From Fibrobacterota bacterium (GTDB lineage Bacteria > Fibrobacterota > Fibrobacteria > UBA11236), in the NCBI GenBank assembly GCA_043753995.1, contig JAYUVP010000240.1:1-28360 (forward strand): a stretch of DNA of 28,360 bases, in the 5' to 3' direction. The notes under the pieces are model-generated. The model saw nothing but the letters and a program-made list of their open reading frames with translations, was not told the origin of the DNA and searched no databases. A program made the translations under genes and the position numbers. Positions 25,629 to 28,360 of this stretch are shown in pieces. Each line of letters opens with the position of its first letter. The first letter of the stretch is position 1.

Positions 25629-28360
25629 GAGTTCGATAAACTCCGATCAAGCCGCCATTATTCCTTTTCACCTCGATGGCTTGCGAAGGGTGGCGTATCC
25701 AGGATTCCCATCCCCAGGACTTTTCCCATACTGACCCTAAATGCTCCTCGGCCCGCGCCGCGCTTTCGTCAGCATAGACCGCTATCACTCCGCCATCATA
25801 CAGTTTGATCGAGGTCGCCTGGCTGTGACGTATCAACCAACACTCCCAGGTGACGGTGCCGCCTTGGGGTACCAGTTCGAGATGCAAGGCGAAGGTCGCC
25901 GACTCGGCCGGGGTGAGCAGGGTGCCGGCTTCGAGCTTGGCCCGCAGGGTTTCGGGCGGGCGAATCAATAGCCGGGTGGTGACCGGCGGGGTTTCGGCAT
26001 GCGCGGCCTCGCCGCCAGATGTACCGCGGCTTTCATCAGAGTCGGACTCCAGCATCTGGGCAACCCTACTCGCAACCTCCCATAAAGATTGGCAGGACTC
26101 TGGCGTCACCGAAGCAGGCCTTATGTCTAAGGACCGGCCCTGATGATGAGAAGTCAATGCCGGAAGCGAGTGGAGCAGACATAGTGAAGCATGAGATGAA
26201 TTGTTGTGACTATTACAAACATGGGAGAGCGTGGTCTGAATGGGGTGATTAAATGTCACGCGAATATCCTCGAAGCATTGCACCAATTCCAGGCTAACTC
26301 GGGTCAGCCGGAGGGTGTGATCGCCAGCGCTCTCATGGCCTTCAGGCCCCTGACAAGCCAATTCCCGACGTTTCAGGGTGAATGCCACGCCTGGCCGAAT
26401 AATGGCAAAAGAGCGTATGACTTCATCATCGGCTTCAACTTCAACGACCGAACCCTCTCTGCTGTTAACGAAACGTGTGACAAAACCATTCTGAACAGAA
26501 ACGTTAGTGTCGACATAGCCTTCTGCATCAGGCTCACTCTCATCCATCTGTATCCGGCGGTTCACGGTATCCATGAAGGCGATAGGGTGATAATGCCACA
26601 TCAGACCCTCTTCGCCGCAAAGCTGCTGACGTAATTCAGGACAGGCGGCGAGGGCTTCAGCTACCCAGGGAAAATGTTGAATGCTTTCCCATTGGCGTTG
26701 GGCTACCGCATCGCTGGGTAAGGCAGGTCGCAGGGCTTCGGGTCCCATTAGGGCCCATTCGCTTAGGTGATAACTCTTGGCATTGCGCAACTCAGGCAGA
26801 CGAGTCAAGAGAGCGGTCTGCCTGTCACGACCACCTCCACCTTCGTCCATTCGACGATTGACGGCGGAGACATCGCATACCGCGTTGGCATCCGGATCGT
26901 AAATGCGTAAAGCGGGATCATTCCAAGGAGGCATGCTCAGCTCCTCGGAGGAAAAGATTTCGAAATGCAAGATTTGCTCTGATCCAAAGAAACCGCATTC
27001 CCCCAAAACATCGCCAAGGTCGACCTCGGTCATCGGACAAAATACGGAATGGACGTCAGAGGCCGCTTGGCGATGCCGCAACCAGTGATTGAACCAGGGG
27101 GGATTGTCATTGTGAGGATTTACGAGATCGGCGAAAGGTGTCAAATGCATATAAAGGCTGAATACAAAATGCGGATCCACTGAATAGTCAACGCTTAGTT
27201 CTCCAGTCGCATCCTCAATGGTATCGAGATAGACAGAATGCCTCAGCAGGACAAAACGCTGACTTCCAAATTCGGGATTGGCTTCCGTTTCGGCATGAGA
27301 ACCCAAACGACAGGCCACAATGCAACCCGAAGCGGCGGCATAAACCTTGGTATTGGAGGGTTCTGGGCGAAAATGCACGCCCCCATGCCAAATCCGATTG
27401 CTACCAATGGGAAAGGTGCCTCCCGGCCGCTCGGAAAGAGAGAAATACCATTCAGTCAAATCGAGCTGGTAGTAACTACGTGTTTCTTGCAAAGCTTCCA
27501 GATTGGCATCGCGAAAAAGCTCGTGAACCGGTTGACCCGCTTGCCACCGCAACCAACTTGGTTCATTCGTTTGGGGATCGAAGGGACCGGTGTGATAGCC
27601 CCTTTCTTCGCCATCGGGCTGAATGGGCATCCACCATACGTCGCTGATTCCGCGATACAAGCGATTTCGGTGCAGAGCTGGGCCACCGCAACTTTTGCTT
27701 TCGCTGTAATTCATATGGGACGAAATTCCACGAAAGCGCGCCAAAATGCTGGCACTACGAACTTGAATCTCCCCACTCGAATCACACCACCAGCGACGCA
27801 TTTTTTCTGCCAAATCACTTCCAAAAAAGCGCCGTGGAATTCGATGCTTGATGCATAAAAATCGTAAGAGATATTTCAAAGCATGATATTGTTGTTCTTG
27901 AAAGGCTTGGTAATTTTCACGTCTCCCGAGATTACTGTTCGAATCGATGGAACTTGGGTCATCGAGATGCAGAAAAAGGTTGGCGTCCAAGGGCCGCCGA
28001 TCCCGTCCCTCGCCTGTCATGGCATCATGACTTGCTGCTCCAAAATCCCAGCCCACATTGGAAATTTCGATACCGATGGAATATCGGCTTACTGAAGTGA
28101 CGGTTGTGTGTACAACACTAGCGCTCGAATCTATGACTTCAACCGTGTCTACATAGGGTTGATCGACTTCAAGCTTGTAGGCTGTGCGTTCAACGATGTA
28201 TTGCGCTGCTGCAGTCCCAGTGCCGCCTTCCCTATTGTCCCATGCATCGCCTATGACTCGGGCCGCAGAATTATTCCCTGCCGTATAATGCAAGACGATT
28301 TGATTCTTCTGAAAGGGAATGGCTCGGTTAGCAGCATTATGTTCAAACAACCGTGGAACG
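25576..28360 (-). CDS. Large multi-domain peptidoglycan hydrolase (Amidase_2 + M23-like + M15-like); 5' end lies outside the window
   Basis: Amidase IVLHYTAG…SIGIEISN…GISSH…KSCGG; M23-like IWHGGVHF…SLYMHL…ILHFEIFS; WHYHPIAF; M15-like FEDIR..F..PI…SHHQGRSLDIRP. The frame is open to the window edge. Confidence 0.75.
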   Translation of the reverse strand, partial: VPRLFEHNAANRAIPFQKNQIVLHYTAGNNSAARVIGDAWDNREGGTGTAAAQYIVERTAYKLEVDQPYVDTVEVIDSSASVVHTTVTSVSRYSIGIEISNVGWDFGAASHDAMTGEGRDRRPLDANLFLHLDDPSSIDSNSNLGRRENYQAFQEQQYHALKYLLRFLCIKHRIPRRFFGSDLAEKMRRWWCDSSGEIQVRSASILARFRGISSHMNYSESKSCGGPALHRNRLYRGISDVWWMPIQPDGEERGYHTGPFDPQTNEPSWLRWQAGQPVHELFRDANLEALQETRSYYQLDLTEWYFSLSERPGGTFPIGSNRIWHGGVHFRPEPSNTKVYAAASGCIVACRLGSHAETEANPEFGSQRFVLLRHSVYLDTIEDATGELSVDYSVDPHFVFSLYMHLTPFADLVNPHNDNPPWFNHWLRHRQAASDVHSVFCPMTEVDLGDVLGECGFFGSEQILHFEIFSSEELSMPPWNDPALRIYDPDANAVCDVSAVNRRMDEGGGGRDRQTALLTRLPELRNAKSYHLSEWALMGPEALRPALPSDAVAQRQWESIQHFPWVAEALAACPELRQQLCGEEGLMWHYHPIAFMDTVNRRIQMDESEPDAEGYVDTNVSVQNGFVTRFVNSREGSVVEVEADDEVIRSFAIIRPGVAFTLKRRELACQGPEGHESAGDHTLRLTRVSLELVQCFEDIRVTFNHPIQTTLSHVCNSHNNSSHASLCLLHSLPALTSHHQGRSLDIRPASVTPESCQSLWEVASRVAQMLESDSDESRGTSGGEAAHAETPPVTTRLLIRPPETLRAKLEAGTLLTPAESATFALHLELVPQGGTVTWECWLIRHSQATSIKLYDGGVIAVYADESAARAEEHLGSVWEKSWGWESWIRHPSQAIEVKRNNGGLIGVYRTREAAEAEKGADIAWPKA

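Noticed and set aside
1..28360. CRISPR array, tRNA, rRNA, prophage or transposase genes; CRISPR link for the caspase-sigma module
   Set aside because: No regularly spaced direct repeats, RNA gene signatures, cas genes or mobile-element proteins were recognised.

Overview
28.4 kb bacterial window, mostly accessory genes for secreted or envelope proteins around a small housekeeping core (rpmE, a DUF1385 gene and a putative Na+/H+ antiporter). The style of the secreted proteins (short basic tails with D/NxxGR, one T9SS-like C-terminal domain) suggests a Fibrobacterota/FCB-type organism, but this is inference only. The best candidate for an undescribed system is 7.9-13.8 kb. It encodes an ECF sigma factor, a single-pass zinc-less anti-sigma-like protein (ActD-like/DUF4384-like), and an exported caspase-family protease fused to Gln/Gly/Asn repeats and a probable outer-membrane beta-barrel. 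A protease-less paralogue of the repeat/barrel part lies just upstream. Three identically spaced copies of an ECF-type promoter (GTRACA-N14-CGGTGTT) precede a DUF2306 gene, the paralogue and the sigma gene itself. Other content: two beta-lactamase-family serine hydrolase lipoproteins, an SBBP beta-propeller protein, a doubly frameshifted gene for a small secreted beta-sandwich protein, an AAA_14/DUF4143 ATPase, an LVIVD/Ig gene next to a PKD-propeller-diheme cytochrome c peroxidase gene, a YkgJ protein, and a large multi-domain peptidoglycan hydrolase followed by two candidate immunity genes (one SMI1/KNR4-like). No rRNA, tRNA, CRISPR array or transposase was recognised. All domain calls are by eye from motifs; no searches were run.
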